Assembly (NCBI GenBank): GCA_022813965.1
Contig: JALDZS010000132.1
Coordinates: 1-64,000, forward strand
Reading direction: 5' to 3'
DNA length: 64,000 bases
Source: Toensbergia leucococca
Taxonomy: Eukaryota
Of the stretch, positions 14,096 to 25,139 are shown piece after piece. Made by a program: the position numbers and the translations under genes. Position 1 is the stretch's first letter. Each line of letters starts with the position of its first letter. Below the pieces are notes generated by a model. The model was not told where the DNA came from, did no database searches, and worked only from the letters and a program-made list of their open reading frames with translations.

Positions 14096-15988
14096 ATGGC
14101 CTTCATACATTCATCCCATCTAGGCTTCCATGAAGGCGAAGAGAAGATGCGCTCACTGCTTCACGTGCCGGCAGGAGAAAATCCTACCTCACCATTCCTT
14201 ACCCCAGGTGCGGCTTATATGTTACAGACAGCTCCTCTATTAGCAATCGGGATCTTGGATATCGAGGGCCGGCCCTGGTCTACCATCTGGGGTGGCGACC
14301 CAGGCTTTGCAAGACCACTTGCGCAGTCCATCATCGGAGTGAAGACACTAGCGAGTGGATGGAAACACGACCCAGTCATCGAAGCCTTGATTGGCATCAG
14401 GAAAGATGAAGACTTCTATGAAGAAAAGCATCACCAAGCAGTCGTTTCGGGCTTAACCATAGATCTGGCTTCGAGAAGCCGGATCAAGTTCTCTGGGAAA
14501 GTAGCTGCAGTTGCCTTCGAGCGCCCAAGCTCGGACATTGAGGAACAGGAAGCTAAAATAGGGCAGGTCCAATTAGTTTTGAAGATTGAACAAAGCTTAG
14601 GTAAGTACTATCTGCGGCATCAGATTGATCATAAATATTCGAAGGCTGACATTAATATAGGGAATTGTCCGAAATACTTGAACAAAAAGCAGATCATTGC
14701 ATCCCTGCCAGAACCAAAACTGATCTCCAATTCCCTGCCTTTCCCTCAGTCCGCAATCGAATTGCTGGGCAAAACTGACCTTTTCTTCATATCATCATCT
14801 AACCACGATTCAAGTATGGGGACAAATTACCGCGGAGGTCCTCCGGGCTTCGTTCGTGTAATAGTCAATGATGAATCCGGAACAACCCTTGCTTATCCAG
14901 AGTACTCGGGAAACCGCCTCTACCAGACGCTTGGGAACCTCCAAACAACCCCCAAGGCAGGTCTTGTATTTCCAGACTTCGATACTGGAGATGTGCTATA
15001 CATTACAGGGACTACCGAGATTCTCTTCGGCAAGGAAGCAGCTGCTCTTCTTCCACGTTCCAATCTTGCCGTCAAAATCAGGGTCACAGCAGTCCGCTTC
15101 GTCCAACGTGGCCTTCCATTTCGCGGTGAGCTTGGTGAGCGTTCTCCATACAACCCTCCTGTGCGCTTCCTCGCCTCTGAGCGCGCTCTACCTGATGCAC
15201 AGTCAGCCAAAAGCAACGTTGTATACGCAAAGATGGTGAAAAGGGAAATCATTACTCCCACAATCGCTCGCTATCGGTTCAGTGTGAGTGATCCAGAAGC
15301 TGCAGGCCGGTGGGAACCTGGGCAGTACGTTGCCCTTGCTTTTGAGGATGAGGTTGGCATGGGATACAGTCACATGCGAGATGATGATCCAAAGAGCTTG
15401 AACGATGACTATGTACGGACTTTCACAGTCTCCTCGCCGCCTGGAGCCATTCCCGAAGACGAGTTTGAAATTACCGTTCGTAATGTTGGTGCCGTGACCA
15501 ATTTTCTACTGCGAAGAAATATGCGAGCTGGACTTGAGGTTCCTCTCAGAGGCTTCGGCGGTACTTTCTCGATCACGCAAGCCGTAGGGGAGGTAGTACC
15601 GTTCATTGCGGGTGGCATAGGCATTACGCCTCTACTGGGTCAGCTGCCTGACTTGGCAGTGGAAAATTTACGTCTTTTCTGGACTATCAATATCCGGGAC
15701 ATTGGTCTGGTTGTTGATACGTTCAAGCGATGCCCTTCTCTGGCTCATTCAACAAAAGTGTTTGTATCTGGCGTTGATGCTCATGTGACCAGAAACGCCG
15801 ATTCCCTCCTGAAAAATGTCGAGCTTTCGGATACTGTTGTGATAACTCGGCGATTACTGGCCTCTGATTTACAAAAGGAGCAAAACTTCTCCTGGAAGTG
15901 GTACATTTGTACGGGGAGCAAATTGAGGAAAGGTCTTCTTGGTTGGCTGAAGGGTAAGGAGGTTGTTTATGAGGATTTTGACTACTAA
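14096..15988 (+). CDS. Pyridoxamine-phosphate-oxidase-like domains fused to an FAD/NAD-binding (FNR-like) oxidoreductase; intron 14601-14660
   Basis: GFHEGE, SLG|NCPKY, NYRGGPPGF, YPEYSGNRLYQTLGNL, RTFTVSS, FIAGGIGITP motifs. Confidence 0.85.
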   Translation: MAFIHSSHLGFHEGEEKMRSLLHVPAGENPTSPFLTPGAAYMLQTAPLLAIGILDIEGRPWSTIWGGDPGFARPLAQSIIGVKTLASGWKHDPVIEALIGIRKDEDFYEEKHHQAVVSGLTIDLASRSRIKFSGKVAAVAFERPSSDIEEQEAKIGQVQLVLKIEQSLGKYYLRHQIDHKYSKADINIGNCPKYLNKKQIIASLPEPKLISNSLPFPQSAIELLGKTDLFFISSSNHDSSMGTNYRGGPPGFVRVIVNDESGTTLAYPEYSGNRLYQTLGNLQTTPKAGLVFPDFDTGDVLYITGTTEILFGKEAAALLPRSNLAVKIRVTAVRFVQRGLPFRGELGERSPYNPPVRFLASERALPDAQSAKSNVVYAKMVKREIITPTIARYRFSVSDPEAAGRWEPGQYVALAFEDEVGMGYSHMRDDDPKSLNDDYVRTFTVSSPPGAIPEDEFEITVRNVGAVTNFLLRRNMRAGLEVPLRGFGGTFSITQAVGEVVPFIAGGIGITPLLGQLPDLAVENLRLFWTINIRDIGLVVDTFKRCPSLAHSTKVFVSGVDAHVTRNADSLLKNVELSDTVVITRRLLASDLQKEQNFSWKWYICTGSKLRKGLLGWLKGKEVVYEDFDY

Positions 15989-16538
15989 CTTTGTTGATTT
16001 CAGAGGGCGAATTTACTTAGGAAGCGACATAATGGTGGAATATGGGTAGACACAAGATCTCATAATAGGGGGTCAGTACCGCACTCATTAGCCAAAGAGC
16101 ATCCATGCTTTACAAAGCTTCTATTTGCCACTTGATATACGAGTAACATTATATACCTATGCAAGCCAAGAAAATATGACATGCATACAAGCCTCAATAT
16201 TTAGCCCTTGGCAATACCCTGTAGGCTTTACGCTCAAACGAAAACCCATGGTGCGCGAAGCATTTGTTTTGAAATACGAGGCAGTTCTATAAATACCAAA
16301 TGTCGAAGTGAATCCGGGAATCGGGGCTCGGGGTCGTGTTCCTAGTCGGGCTACCCCGTAATCGTATCATAAGATCCTGATCTTGTATTTTTGATCTATA
16401 AACGACTTCAGTCTTCTGAATTCGTTCCAGTCTTTTATTTTGCCACTGCCGAACATATTCACAAAATTGAGATTTCTTCACGTTAACATTGACACTACCT
16501 CTATTCTACACCGAAACACACTGTGGAAGCAGATCACC

Positions 16539-17199
16539 ATGGCTTCTCGATTACTCGCCCCTTCGCTACGCGCACTCTCCCGAACCGCCTCCCCCCTCCG
16601 CACGTCAAGGGGTTTTCAAACCACAAGAAAGCTCATGGAGACACCTAGCGCAGCTCTACCAGTTAGGAAACCCGTCGGCGCTTTTAGAGGAGGGTAGGTT
16701 ACTTCCGATCCCATTTATTGCGTGTCCGAAGCTTTGTAGACAGGAACATGGCTAATTCTCTTGACGCCACTACAGAATGTTTGGCTTCCTTCTCGGTTCC
16801 ACCCTCGCTGGCGCGACTGTGTACTATTACATATTGGAGGAGTACAAAGTGTCCAACGAGCTGTTAACGGAAGACATCTACGTACGTGTCTGCATCTAGT
16901 CTCTGTACTATATCACTGCGACGTGCTGTACTTCCGAAGGTGGCTTGTGTACAACAGTGGTGTACTCTATAGACTTCTTAGATTGATGGAGCTCGTGCAT
17001 TTTTCTGGAGTTCTGGTCGAGTTGGATGAGTAATGTGTGCGAAAAGTTTAGATTCAGATTGGATTGTTTCCTAGAGATCTATTTCCATTTGAACGCTGAT
17101 ATTCGGGACTGGTAGGCTTTACAAGCGGCCGTTCAAAGGATTCATACATATGTGACGAGTTTGGAGGAGAAGGTCGATACAATGCAGAAGAAAAAGTAG
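16539..17199 (+). CDS. Small probable mitochondrial single-TM, coiled-coil protein; 3 exons (~16539-16693, 16777-16881, 17116-17199)
   Basis: Presequence-like MASRLLAPSLRALSRTASPLRTSRGF, then RKPVGAFRGG|MFGFLLGSTLAGATVYYYILEEYKVSNELLTEDIY|ALQAAVQRIHTYVTSLEEKVDTMQKKK*. Canonical splice sites. Confidence 0.8.
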
Positions 17200-17680
17200 C
17201 AACGTGATCATGTTAGGTGCACGCGATATCACTCCGTCCGTATCTATTTGTCCACAGGCCTCTCTCAGTTCTAGAGATGTATTCATTACACTCCTTTTCC
17301 CGTATCGATACTTTGGAATTGTCTCAGCTCAAACCTAAGCTCATACGTTCAAGCAAAATCGGCAAATTTATACCGAGGTTCTTGCAATTGAAGGCGCTTT
17401 TTGCAGAGCCTTGTTTGAGTACCGTCATCTTGTGAAGTGCGGCAGTGAGAAGTCAAGGCAGATCGAACTTCTATGAAATCGAGATCGGCCTCAACATCCG
17501 TGCTTGTTAAGAAGTTTCCTCGAAGTCAATTGCCTGATGGAGTATGACATGAAAGTGAGCTACTTTTGTCATCCACATTCTGCCTCTAGATCCTTGAAAA
17601 TTCGTGAAGGCAGTTTTGCTAAGATCAACTCATATCATGCAACAGATATTGACCGGCTAGAGTCTGTTCAAATCCAACAC

Positions 17681-18200
17681 TCATTTGGCCTCGAAAGAAT
17701 CCTCTTCTTCCTTCATTTCCTGATCTGCTTTTTCCAGCTTGACTACATGTGCGTGTGAAGGTCCATTGTTGAGATCCTTCAGTAGCTTTCCAATTGACTC
17801 ATCATCTCCTTGAGCTTCACCTTCAACCTTTTAAAAATTAGCTCCAATGCACATCATCAATTTATCCTACCCGAGTCATGAAGGCTTCTTTTGTTTAAAT
17901 TACCTTTCCATTCGAGGTATTGCCTACCCAGCCAGTCAAGCCATAGCTTGAGGCTTTTTTCTGAGTGAAAGAGCTGCCAACCCCACATTATTATATTACG
18001 AAAGTACTAAAACCGAGCCTTTGGAATTACCGGAAGTTGACCCCTTCAAGCAGAATCAGTACATTACATTTGAAAAGAAGGGGATAAAGTAGAACCTTGC
18101 ACAGTCCCATGGACCAGAAATGAGATCTGCAATCATAATTGCATCAGCCACTTATAAGACAATATTCAAGACTCCGGTATATACATACACGCCTCGCCAT
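17681..18200 (-). CDS. Acylphosphatase, 90 aa, 5 exons (18200-18189, 18126-18096, 18043-18031, 17973-17904, 17827-17681); not in the ORF track
   Basis: Spliced: MARRISFLVHGTVQGVNFRSFTQKKASSYGLTGWVGNTSNGKVEGEAQGDDESIGKLLKDLNNGPSHAHVVKLEKADQEMKEEEDSFEAK*. Signatures VQGVxFR and GWVxN..G.VEGEAQG. Confidence 0.92.
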
Positions 18201-18647
18201 GATGCAAGCTACTGCTTAGCCCTCGCAGCTGATTGAGAATCAAATTGAAGTCGGAAGTCATGCAAGTACTCGATTTCTCGATGGCTCGAAGACTTTGAGT
18301 GATGCCAAGTTAATAGTGGTGGTGGTGGCGCCGGGCAAACCTTAAGTCCGGCGCGTGGCGCGTGCCCATAGGTAGTTTCGCTCGCCCCGGAATGCCAAAA
18401 GTCAAAAGAAACGTTTCAAAACAAGCCAGTGATTATCACTTATCAACCCCTCTTGCACTTTCATGTCATTCCTCCTACAACCCTAGTGATCGATGTATTA
18501 CTGTCCCTATAATCGCTCTCTTCCACCTTACTAGGCCTGTATTCACACCAACATCTGCCCATGCACCGCAGGAAGATGCTGGGAGATAACCCCAATCTCA
18601 CATAAACCCCTTCCGATAATTATCGATCACCTTCTACACTTGCAACC

Positions 18648-20198
18648 ATGTTTGCCAATCCAGCCCCGTCCACTCCGAGTCGTGCGTCAGTCTCTCCTTC
18701 TACAACAAGGAACTCCTCACCGTCGCCCTCCATTTCTCCCACACCTGCTTTATCTGCCTGCCCCCCGCTTGATCGTTCTTTCTCCACAGGCTCGTCAGCC
18801 TCCACCATCTCTGGCTATTCAACCCCTTCGCTGTCATCCTTTGGATCCGCCGTCCCGAGACGACGTGGTTATGTACGGCCTCAAGGAGCTACCTTCGCAG
18901 CATCAGCGAGAAATAGAGATAGTGTAATGAGCCTGGGCAGTATTGCTCATTTACAGTATTATTTTGCTCGTACAGGTTTACTGGATGGAAAGGGTGGTCG
19001 GACGGCTGACGACAGCAAGAAAAATGGAGGATCTGCAGGTGGCCTCTGCAATGGCATGCCGGAGAAGAGCTCCCTCTCGACTATTACCCACGTCGGTGAA
19101 GATTCTGTGGAGACTATCATCGAAGAGGAAGACGAGAGCCAAGATTGGGAAATGATGCTTCCGCCAACGGTAAGTACATATAGCCATAGGGTCCAATACC
19201 TCCCGCCACCGCCAGATGTGGAGACGCTTAGGCATGAACTCACAAAGGCCTTACTTGAAGCCGAGGAAACCCTACAAGAGGTTCAAAATGACAGAGGGGC
19301 TGGCATTTACCAGAGGAAGGATGACGCTGAAAGCGAACCATATCACCGCTCTGATGACAACACCGGAGAGCCATCTCCCTCACCACCACAACTACAGGGG
19401 TGGCATGTGATTCAAGGCATGCGTGTCTTGGATGTCATCACCTTGGCAATACGAGCTGCAAAGATCTACTACACTACGCACGAGCATCCAATCCGGCTTT
19501 ACGGCATCAAATCGGAACGTCAGATACGTGAGGAGCTATTAAGCGTGCTAGACGTGCTTAAACGCATGGCTAGTCGTAATTTTGCTGGCGGACTAAAAGA
19601 TGAAGAGCTGAGAATCATTGAATGTTGGGTTCATGATGTCCAGGGCCTAGCAGCACAAGAGTGCGCCATAGAGAGGCAGGAAGTAAAGGATCGCGAACGC
19701 TGGCAATGGCTCGAAGGTTCTTGGTCTGGTCAAGAGCGCAAGCGGGAATGGCTCTTTATGTGTTCCTTCCTGCCTGAGGGCAAGCTACCCGAGTGGGCAC
19801 CTTTGGATGATGTTGACCCATTGCCAACGTCATTTCTTCAGATTCTGCGTAATGGGTTGATGCTGGTTCATCTGCATAACGCAATTCTGAAAAAATCCAA
19901 GAGACAATTCGGCGAGATCAAAGCATTTCATACTGACACGGCCAAACCGTACCGCTGCGCCGAGAATCTTCGGTACTGGATCAAAGCTGCAGAGATCAGA
20001 TGGGAGACCAAGCTCAAAGTTGATGTTACAGGCGTTGTGCATGGGAAAGACGAAGCTTGGAGAGGGTTTGATGCTGCTATACTACAGTGGTGCAAAGCGG
20101 CCAGGGAAGAGTTGACACAAGAGTGGAAAGAGGGATCTGTCCAAGGACCATCATCACCCCCATCCTCGGAGTATGCGGACATGAGTCCAGCCGAATAG
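18648..20198 (+). CDS. Fungal protein with Ser-rich N-terminus and C-terminal calponin-homology-like domain
   Basis: 516-aa single ORF. SVMSLGSIAHLQYYFARTG block and CH-like FLQILRNGLMLVHLHNA...AENLRYWIKAA. Confidence 0.75.
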   Translation: MFANPAPSTPSRASVSPSTTRNSSPSPSISPTPALSACPPLDRSFSTGSSASTISGYSTPSLSSFGSAVPRRRGYVRPQGATFAASARNRDSVMSLGSIAHLQYYFARTGLLDGKGGRTADDSKKNGGSAGGLCNGMPEKSSLSTITHVGEDSVETIIEEEDESQDWEMMLPPTVSTYSHRVQYLPPPPDVETLRHELTKALLEAEETLQEVQNDRGAGIYQRKDDAESEPYHRSDDNTGEPSPSPPQLQGWHVIQGMRVLDVITLAIRAAKIYYTTHEHPIRLYGIKSERQIREELLSVLDVLKRMASRNFAGGLKDEELRIIECWVHDVQGLAAQECAIERQEVKDRERWQWLEGSWSGQERKREWLFMCSFLPEGKLPEWAPLDDVDPLPTSFLQILRNGLMLVHLHNAILKKSKRQFGEIKAFHTDTAKPYRCAENLRYWIKAAEIRWETKLKVDVTGVVHGKDEAWRGFDAAILQWCKAAREELTQEWKEGSVQGPSSPPSSEYADMSPAE

Positions 20199-21253
20199 TC
20201 CGAAGTGTGAGAGGTGCTTTTCCAAGATTGTGTAACCAACTGTTTTAAAGTTACTGTGCTGCAATAGAGTCGGCATTTTTGCTTGATTAGTTCCGTGTAG
20301 CTCTGGAAATTTAGCAAGGCGCTGTACCTGATACCCCTGGCTAAGGCAATAAATTGAAAGCATTACAATGAGTATCAATGCATGAAGATGTAGATGATTG
20401 TGATCAAACAAGCCTGAAGACTCTAGTCACTTTCCGTCTTTCCTACCTAGGCAGGTTGTCACCGATGCGGATGCGTACCATGTATCCGTATTTTATACTC
20501 CGTAGACAAACGCGGAACAGGGGCGCCTGAAACACGTAGGCTGTCAACAATCATATCCCTCACAACAGCTTCGCTCCCAGAAATCAATCTCTGTTGCCAT
20601 CATCATTTTTTTGCCTGTCTCTACAGCTCATTTGTCATTTGAATCTCTCAATACTCCTGTCATGTAGCAAAAACTCGACTGCACCTCCACGCGCCTCTGC
20701 GTCCGTCGATGGACCGGCGTTGCCAAAAAAACACCCAATTGTAAACAACCACATATCCACCTCTGACGTTCACCGTTATTGCGCCTTGACTTCTCTAGCC
20801 ACTACCTTTCAGGAGTGAGAAACAGAGCCGAAGTCCGAGATTCCTTGAAAACGGTGCTAGTCGTTGAAAGCAGACTTCTACCACTCAAATATATTATCTC
20901 ATTCTCAAGACCTAAATTCTGGCCAAGTCTGACAAGCCTATTTAGCAACAAACTCTCTTTTCAAGACTACGCAGAATTCGTTACTCTGGCTGCCTACCTC
21001 CTCATCCTTGGTTTCTCTCAATTTTGGTGACTTTCTTACAGACCCTGCTCCCTGCCCAAAGAATCTAGGATCCTCAACGGCAACTGGGAGGAAACGAAGC
21101 ATTACGGGCCACTAGGCTTTGGTTCTACGATTTCGACCTTCTCGACTTCCAATTTCACGCTGTCGCTCAGGAAAGCAGTATAGCTTGAAGTCAAGAACGG
21201 ATAGGATTAACAACTGCAGCAATTCGTTCGGAACAAACAGTGGCAAGACGAAC

Positions 21254-23866
21254 ATGGAGACTATGATGAGACAAGAGAGTGCCAGCCTTACAGAAGAGGA
21301 GCACTTTGGCAATAGACAAGCTGCATCTTCGTGCGTCATAAAAGAGACAGGTGAAGAAGAGGTGCCTGGGTCCTCGTTAGAGGAAGTCTCTGAAGAAGAC
21401 CAAGCTCCCCCACCCCCTCGGAAAGACACTCCAGACCACACCTCCTCAATCTCGCGGATTGACGGAGATCTGTATTCCAATCCCCTCAGATCGTCACGGA
21501 CCAATTCATTATACTCTTACTCACGTGCCTCGTTCTCGAATCAGCTGTCTCAATTGACGTCTCTCAATCTACCCAATGCGTCTTCTCTCTCTTCAAATAT
21601 TTCTTGCATTCTAACAGCGCCTCATGCTGCCAAGGCACTCAGCAGGGCGGCTGGGCAGATACACAAGTGGATTTACAAGGCATCAGAAGTCCTGAGTGGC
21701 CTGAACGCAGAAGACGACGTTGAATGGGCCGCTGCCGGAGGCCGAGAAGGACTAGGGGAAGTAGATACGGCTATTGGAAAATTTGAAGGTCTGATCAAGA
21801 CATATGTTTCGGCTATCGAGAAATTACAATTAAGGCCGGATGTATCGAAAGTACCTGTAGAAGGACTCAAGGCTATTGTTCACCAGATGGAGAAAACTCT
21901 CAAGGAATGGGATAATGTTCGGAGTCTATTGAGAGGGGTCAAAGAACAAGTCGAGTTGGCCATGGAATGGGAGGAGTTGTGGAACGTCGTACTTGGGGAT
22001 ATCGGCTTAGAGGTGGAGAACCAAGTCAAGCTCGTTTTTGAAATGGAGGAGAGGAGGCATGCAGCAGTAACAGAGGAGTCGGACATTGAAGATGAGATGG
22101 GACTAGACCTATCAGAATTGGAGACAATCGTTGAGGAGTCGCCCATGAGCGGAAACTATTCCTCTGGCAACCGCTTTAGCCTGCCTCCTAGTTTCCCAGC
22201 GAGCTCGCAGGCTACTTCCAACGCTCAAGAGGAGGCAAGTCTTCTCGCTCTATTTGCGAGAATGCAGCCCTTGAGGGCGTCTTTGGACTTCCTTCCAATG
22301 AGATTGTCAAGTTTCCAATCCAGGGCAGAGGCCAATTTCCCCACTGCTTGCCGGGAACTCGAAGATCGTAGGAAAAGCATGGAAAGGAATTGGTGGCAGC
22401 TAGAACGCGATGCCGAGAACCTTCGGCGAGAGCTTAGTGAAGACCGATGGGTGCTAGTGTTCAGAAATTCGGCCAGAAAGGCTCAGAAACTATGCGAGTC
22501 CTTCGAGCATGGCATGGCCAAGCTACAGGAATCTATCGACCTTGGGCACCAGCATAACAATCCTCCAGCATTGCATCAGAGAGTTGAGAATTACGAGAGT
22601 AAGAGGACACACTATGGGCAGGCGATTCAAAGGTTAATGGCCATTATTGAGCAAGGCATAAGTGAGCGTAAAATTATCAACGGAGAGATTTTGCGACTTC
22701 ATGTGGACTTGCAGGCTAGATGGGCGACAATCGAGATAGAATCTAAGAACATGGATTTTATCCTGGACGATCTAACTGTGAAGAAGAATCACCAATTACG
22801 AGACTCCATATCTACCATCATCTCTATGGACCGCTCTGCTACTGGCAGCTTGGCCGAAACTCCAAGGAGCTCTCCCGCTTCTTCAGTTGCCATGGGCCCT
22901 TCGAATGGCAAGAAAGGCGACGCATTAGCAACGCTGATGAACGGAGCAAGTCGTCGATCCAGCGCTGTGTCTAGTATCACCTCACGACCAGCCACTTCGC
23001 GGAGATATGTCAGCATGCCTCAGGATCCTGCAGACGGGAGCCAACTCCCTCGCATACCGGGAGTCTCACGATCATTCTCTTTTAATCCTCTATCCACTTC
23101 ACGCGCCGCCTCTCCCACTCCAAATTCAAGGTACATGTCAAGCACGCCAACACCGGGGGGTCGGCAACAGCGGCCCACTCTGATACCACTAGATGGCAAA
23201 CCACGATGGAATTCTAGCCCAAAAGTCGAGTACACAGACAAACCAATTCCGTACATAACCCCACCACCTTGCCGCAAGAGTCCGATGTCTTTCCGCACTC
23301 CCAACAGCCCAATCTCACAATCCTACAATTTCCCCAAACCCAGTCCTCTAGGCCGCGACAGTTCTTTCCCCCAAGCCCCACATTCTGCCCCCCTACCGCA
23401 CTCCCGCCTCTCGTCCAGCACGCACAGCCCCTTGGCCTTTCGCGAAAACTCTTCTTCGCCAGCTCCCCCGTCGCCGGCATTGCCTCGCCCACGCATGTAC
23501 TCCGGCACCCAAAGTTCTCTGGCAGTCCGGCCACCTCGCATTTCATCATCCCCAGCACGCTCTTCACAAGCCAATACCGAACATCCTCGCTCAAGATTGA
23601 AGACCCAAATTTCTGTCTCGAGTTTACCTATCAGCGCAAGACGACAGAGCGTTATGCTTGAGTCTGCAATCGAGGCAGAGAAGCAACCCCTTACTAAATT
23701 CGATAAGCAGGACCTTCAGCTTGTGGAAAGTCCTTCTGCGAGATCCAAGCCGCAGAGACCAGCGACGGCGCTGGCAAACGGGCGCCGAAGTAGCATGCTC
23801 CCTCAGCGAAAAGTCACGGCTACGAATGGGAGGGATAGCGCTGCTGGAAATAGGAATGGGAGATGA
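21254..23866 (+). CDS. KAR9: Kar9-family microtubule guidance / karyogamy protein (MigA-like); true start uncertain
   Basis: EDDVEWAAAGGREGL, QVELAMEWEELWN and LALFARMQPLRASLDFLPMRL blocks, coiled coil, basic Ser/Pro-rich C-terminus. Confidence 0.85.
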   Translation: METMMRQESASLTEEEHFGNRQAASSCVIKETGEEEVPGSSLEEVSEEDQAPPPPRKDTPDHTSSISRIDGDLYSNPLRSSRTNSLYSYSRASFSNQLSQLTSLNLPNASSLSSNISCILTAPHAAKALSRAAGQIHKWIYKASEVLSGLNAEDDVEWAAAGGREGLGEVDTAIGKFEGLIKTYVSAIEKLQLRPDVSKVPVEGLKAIVHQMEKTLKEWDNVRSLLRGVKEQVELAMEWEELWNVVLGDIGLEVENQVKLVFEMEERRHAAVTEESDIEDEMGLDLSELETIVEESPMSGNYSSGNRFSLPPSFPASSQATSNAQEEASLLALFARMQPLRASLDFLPMRLSSFQSRAEANFPTACRELEDRRKSMERNWWQLERDAENLRRELSEDRWVLVFRNSARKAQKLCESFEHGMAKLQESIDLGHQHNNPPALHQRVENYESKRTHYGQAIQRLMAIIEQGISERKIINGEILRLHVDLQARWATIEIESKNMDFILDDLTVKKNHQLRDSISTIISMDRSATGSLAETPRSSPASSVAMGPSNGKKGDALATLMNGASRRSSAVSSITSRPATSRRYVSMPQDPADGSQLPRIPGVSRSFSFNPLSTSRAASPTPNSRYMSSTPTPGGRQQRPTLIPLDGKPRWNSSPKVEYTDKPIPYITPPPCRKSPMSFRTPNSPISQSYNFPKPSPLGRDSSFPQAPHSAPLPHSRLSSSTHSPLAFRENSSSPAPPSPALPRPRMYSGTQSSLAVRPPRISSSPARSSQANTEHPRSRLKTQISVSSLPISARRQSVMLESAIEAEKQPLTKFDKQDLQLVESPSARSKPQRPATALANGRRSSMLPQRKVTATNGRDSAAGNRNGR

Positions 23867-24399
23867 TGAGATGTGTAAAACCTAGTGACGCAGGTCATGT
23901 CCACCAGTAAATTTATGGGTTAATAGCGCGCACGTCTTACAGCGATGGTGTTAAGGTCCCATGTCATGATGAAGGAATCTTCGTCAAAGGGAAAGAAAGA
24001 ATTCAACAGCGTGACTGAGACATACATACATGTGTCGCCAAAAGGGGGATAAAACATATCATGTACTCTTTTCTTTTTCTTTCATTGTTGCTCTCGGCAA
24101 ATCAGCACATGTATCTACGATTGAGTGGATCGAATGGAAACGATGTGACATGTATTGGATCTTTTTTTATGCCCTCTCTCTAGCAGACACGGAGCTTTGC
24201 ACTCGTATCCATCACTTCGAAGATGTGATGTGTGTATGTGTGTGTCGCTCAACAAAGACGTGCGGGAGGTGGTCTTTTTCTTGACATACCTCTGTTTTTG
24301 TACCCAGGGGTGAAAAGAGAGCGCACGAGATGACAGATAGTCAGCTTCATACTCCCGTCCCACAACCCCCCTTCCACCAACAACCAACCCTCTCTACCC

Positions 24400-24990
24400 C
24401 CAAAAGCGGGTAAAAAGGTGGGGGTAGGTATCCCAGACCGTCAGATTTTATAGATTTTCAGATTTTGTTTTTTTTTGGGGGAATTATTGCATACAATGAC
24501 AATGACAATGCATCTGTATCTGTATCTGTATCTGTATCTGCATCTGTATACAGTGTGACGGAGTTCTTTGAAAAGGGGAAAGCGGAAAAAGGGGCCCGGG
24601 GGATGGAGGTAGAGGGAGATGTTTGAGGGGAGAGGTTTGAGGGGAGGAGGATATAACCTGATCGCCTTCCTTTGATGCTCCACCCCCGCCCCCCCGGCTC
24701 CTCACTGCCCACCCCGGGCATGTCCTCAATTCCATCTAAAAAAAAAAAAAAAAAGTCCCCCAAATCCCGCCTTCGACTCCCTCGGAGCAGATAACGGTTG
24801 TTTCGAAAATTTTTCGAACAGCCAAGGAATCCCCACCCCCTCCACCCCCCCAAAAAAAATCAACGAAAATAACTCAAAATGTCAATCGAAAAATATACAT
24901 GGATTGGAAAAAAAAAAAAGAGGGCATTTGTTGGCCAAGCTTTGTAGAGCGAGTTGCATCTATACAAGATGAAAAAAAACCCCCGAATTT
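24400..24990. repeat. Low-complexity intergenic tract: (TCTGTA)n at 24513-24549 plus long A, T, C and G homopolymers
   Basis: tctgtatctgtatctgtatctgtatctgcatctgta; long poly-A run near 24737-24754; several C6-C8 runs. Confidence 0.85.
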
Positions 24991-25139
24991 GACATGAATG
25001 CCTTTCTTCGTTGGTGTGGTGAGAAGGATGTGCGACTTCGAATATGTACATGATACCCACCTCAAATGACAAACACCCGCAACAATGCGTCCCAACCAAT
25101 GCTCTACAGCCTCGCACAAAAGCAAGATACCAGCCACCA

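Noticed and set aside
24441..24853. ORFs with YRYRYR / DTDTDT / IQIQIQ repeats
   Set aside because: These are translations of the TCTGTA microsatellite and homopolymer runs.
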